A stretch of 64,000 nt of DNA, from the NCBI GenBank assembly GCA_965603825.1, contig CBFDEM010000014.1, positions 372,001 to 436,000 on the forward strand. The letters are read 5' to 3'. Numbering within the stretch: the stretch's first letter is position 1; each line of letters opens with the position of its first letter. This document shows, in pieces, positions 62,399-64,000 of this stretch. The notes under the pieces are model-generated. The model saw only the letters and a list, made by a program, of their open reading frames with translations, made no database searches and had not been told where the DNA came from. This DNA is from Blepharisma stoltei ATCC 30299 (lineage: Eukaryota; Protista; Ciliophora). A program made the translations under genes and the position numbers.

Positions 62399-63911
62399 TT
62401 ATTTTTTCTTTTTAACCACAGGTGTTTTCGATCTTTTAGCGGGTATCTTCTTGTCATCGTTTGGCTGCTTGCCTGGAGTTATTGACCTAATTCTTATATC
62501 CTTAACTGATTTTTTTGGCCTCAGCTCTTTCTGTTCAGCTTTCGCTTTAATGCTAACAGGTGGCAAAAATTTTACCAAGCTTTCTGAGGCTTTTCTAGAA
62601 AAGTTAAACTTGCTGGATCTTTGTTTTGTTTTAATTGGCGTTGGCCTAACCATTTTTTCATCTATTGAGCTATCAAGTGACCCAAAATCAGCTAAAGTGT
62701 CATCAAATTTATCAGTAAGATCCTTTCCTTGAATTATTTTTAGCTCCTTCGAATAATTTTTGCCTGAAACTTCAAAAACATTAGTGCGTTTTATTGAATT
62801 TAGATCACGAAGAAAGCCTACATCGGCGACTTCAAGAATTTCATTAGCATTTGTAGAGCTGTCATCTCCTCTTGTTGAGTTTATTATTTCAAATACCATT
62901 TCTTCTCTCATGCTTATAGGAATTCCTTCTTCTTTAAAAAGATCTAAAATGTCAGCTTCTTTTGCTTGCTTATTTAAAAGCTTTTCAAGTTTTACCTTCA
63001 ATCTTTCTCCTTTTCTTGGTGTTAGGGCTTCTGAAGGGCTTTTTTGTATATCTTCAAACTTTTTAATTATTTTCTTCTTAGTTGTTTCTTCCAATATCAT
63101 GGGATTCGGAATATAATTAAATTCTCTATGCTCCTCTGATAAATTTACTACATCAAATGAAAAATAATCAGGAAGCGGGGCCGCCAATGGAGAAGGTGGC
63201 TCAGTTTGCAGCTCTTTTGAGTCGACGAGTTCATAATATTTTCTATCAGTGCCTTGTGTAATTGAGATAAGTGTTTTTGCTACACCTTCAAGTGTATTGA
63301 CTAAGAGTTGAATATGATTATTTAGCATTTCAACTGTCTTGTCAGCACCCTCAACCTCACTTTCCATTGGGGCTAGCTCATTTTCGTTTTTCTGGCTTGA
63401 CTTTAAAGTTCCTGCCAAGCTTTCATTAACAGGCTTATACTTGATTTGTTCAATCAATACTTGATTAGGTACAAGCGGCTGCAACGCTTTTCTTAAATCG
63501 GCATCTAAGGTCTTAAGAAACATCACAAAATCTTCTTTGCACCTCTCCTTGTATTCTTTTAGAATCATTCCTACCCTTTTCAGGTCTCTTGAAATTCTTT
63601 TTGAATTACTTTGAACAAGAAAATTCAAGTCCTTTAGTTCTTTTCGAAGTTGAGATATAATTTCTGCTTGAGATTTATAAATACTTTGTTTACGATAGAG
63701 GTTGCTAAGTAAACAATCTTTTTCAAATAATTTTGAAGTGATTTTTGTCATTTCTTCATATGTAGATAAGTCTATGAAGACACGTTTCGGATCCTTTATT
63801 AGTTATTACGCTATCTCCATCTGGCTGAGCTTTATTTATAAGCTGTAGTAAGTCTTTATGGTATTTAGCGATTCCTCGATTTAACTTTCTCACTTGTAAA
63901 GAAAATGCCAT
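62399..63911 (-). CDS. Hypothetical protein (~498 aa if the 5' exon is used; 450 aa from ATG 63751)
   Basis: Long ORF 62399-63751; open upstream exon from ATG 63911 joins in frame via putative 16-nt intron 63794-63809. Confidence 0.6.
63794..63809 (-). other. Putative 16-nt intron GTAATAACTAATAAAG (AAG acceptor)
   Basis: Joins two open frames; acceptor differs from the TAG seen in all other introns here. Confidence 0.45.
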
Positions 63912-64000
63912 TTCTTTGATTCTACTTCATAGTTACAAGTTATTTTAAGAGGAGAGAATATGATAATTTATTTGAAAAATGAGTATTATGATAATTATTA

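Noticed and set aside
3361-63116. Many antisense or alternative-frame ORFs in the track (e.g. 3361-3615, 16757-17101, 23390-23830, 44820-45239, 54233-54550, 62760-63116)
   Set aside because: They overlap well-supported genes, have shadow-ORF composition (Ser/Phe/Leu-rich) and show no motifs
1-64000. Bacterial (Mollicutes) or mitochondrial origin suggested by UGA=Trp
   Set aside because: Genes are nuclear eukaryotic (kinesin, HP1, Mediator, GLE1) and contain spliceosomal introns
1-64000. Transposons, telomeric repeats, retained IESs, CRISPR arrays, rRNA
   Set aside because: No transposase/RT motifs, terminal repeats, telomere tracts or repeat-spacer arrays seen; IES junctions cannot be identified without germline data

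Overview
Gene-dense, AT-rich eukaryotic DNA, most likely the macronuclear genome of a heterotrich ciliate of the genus Blepharisma. This is inferred from two direct observations. (1) TGA is read as Trp: it sits at invariant Trp positions of conserved motifs (ABCB WFD, chromodomain VKWKGY, kinase HPW, GLE1 WRWL, ATXR3 WFEKQD, AMMECR1 FVTW), while TAA/TAG are the only stops. (2) Introns are 15-16 nt (GTAR...A10...TAG); 11 could be placed. The supplied ORF track used TGA as a stop, so it fragments most genes and misses some (HP1-like, ENY2). Re-reading gives about 40 genes, often separated by only 14-60 bp. They include two tandem ABCB exporters from a ~4.8-kb duplication that also copied the 3' end of NOG2, plus NOG2, MED21, ENY2, DGK-epsilon-like, F-box, sorting nexin, TMEM135, GLE1, HP1-like, ATXR3/SDG2-type SET, EI24, DMT and SLC37 transporters, SPOC, ArfGAP, KIF21-like kinesin, AMMECR1, a metallophosphoesterase, gp78-like E3, calmodulin-like, TRF4, Aurora-like kinase and a MORN protein. 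There is also one tRNA-Gly(GCC) and a decayed prohibitin pseudogene. The most unusual items are a circularly permuted stand-alone vWA domain, a GLE1 with an apparent N-terminal membrane anchor, a secreted Cys-repeat mini-protein, ABCB paralogs with a His->Gln H-loop in NBD1, and a SECIS/snoRNA-like fold behind a UGA-rich transporter gene. All family calls come from motif recognition by eye; no database searches were run.
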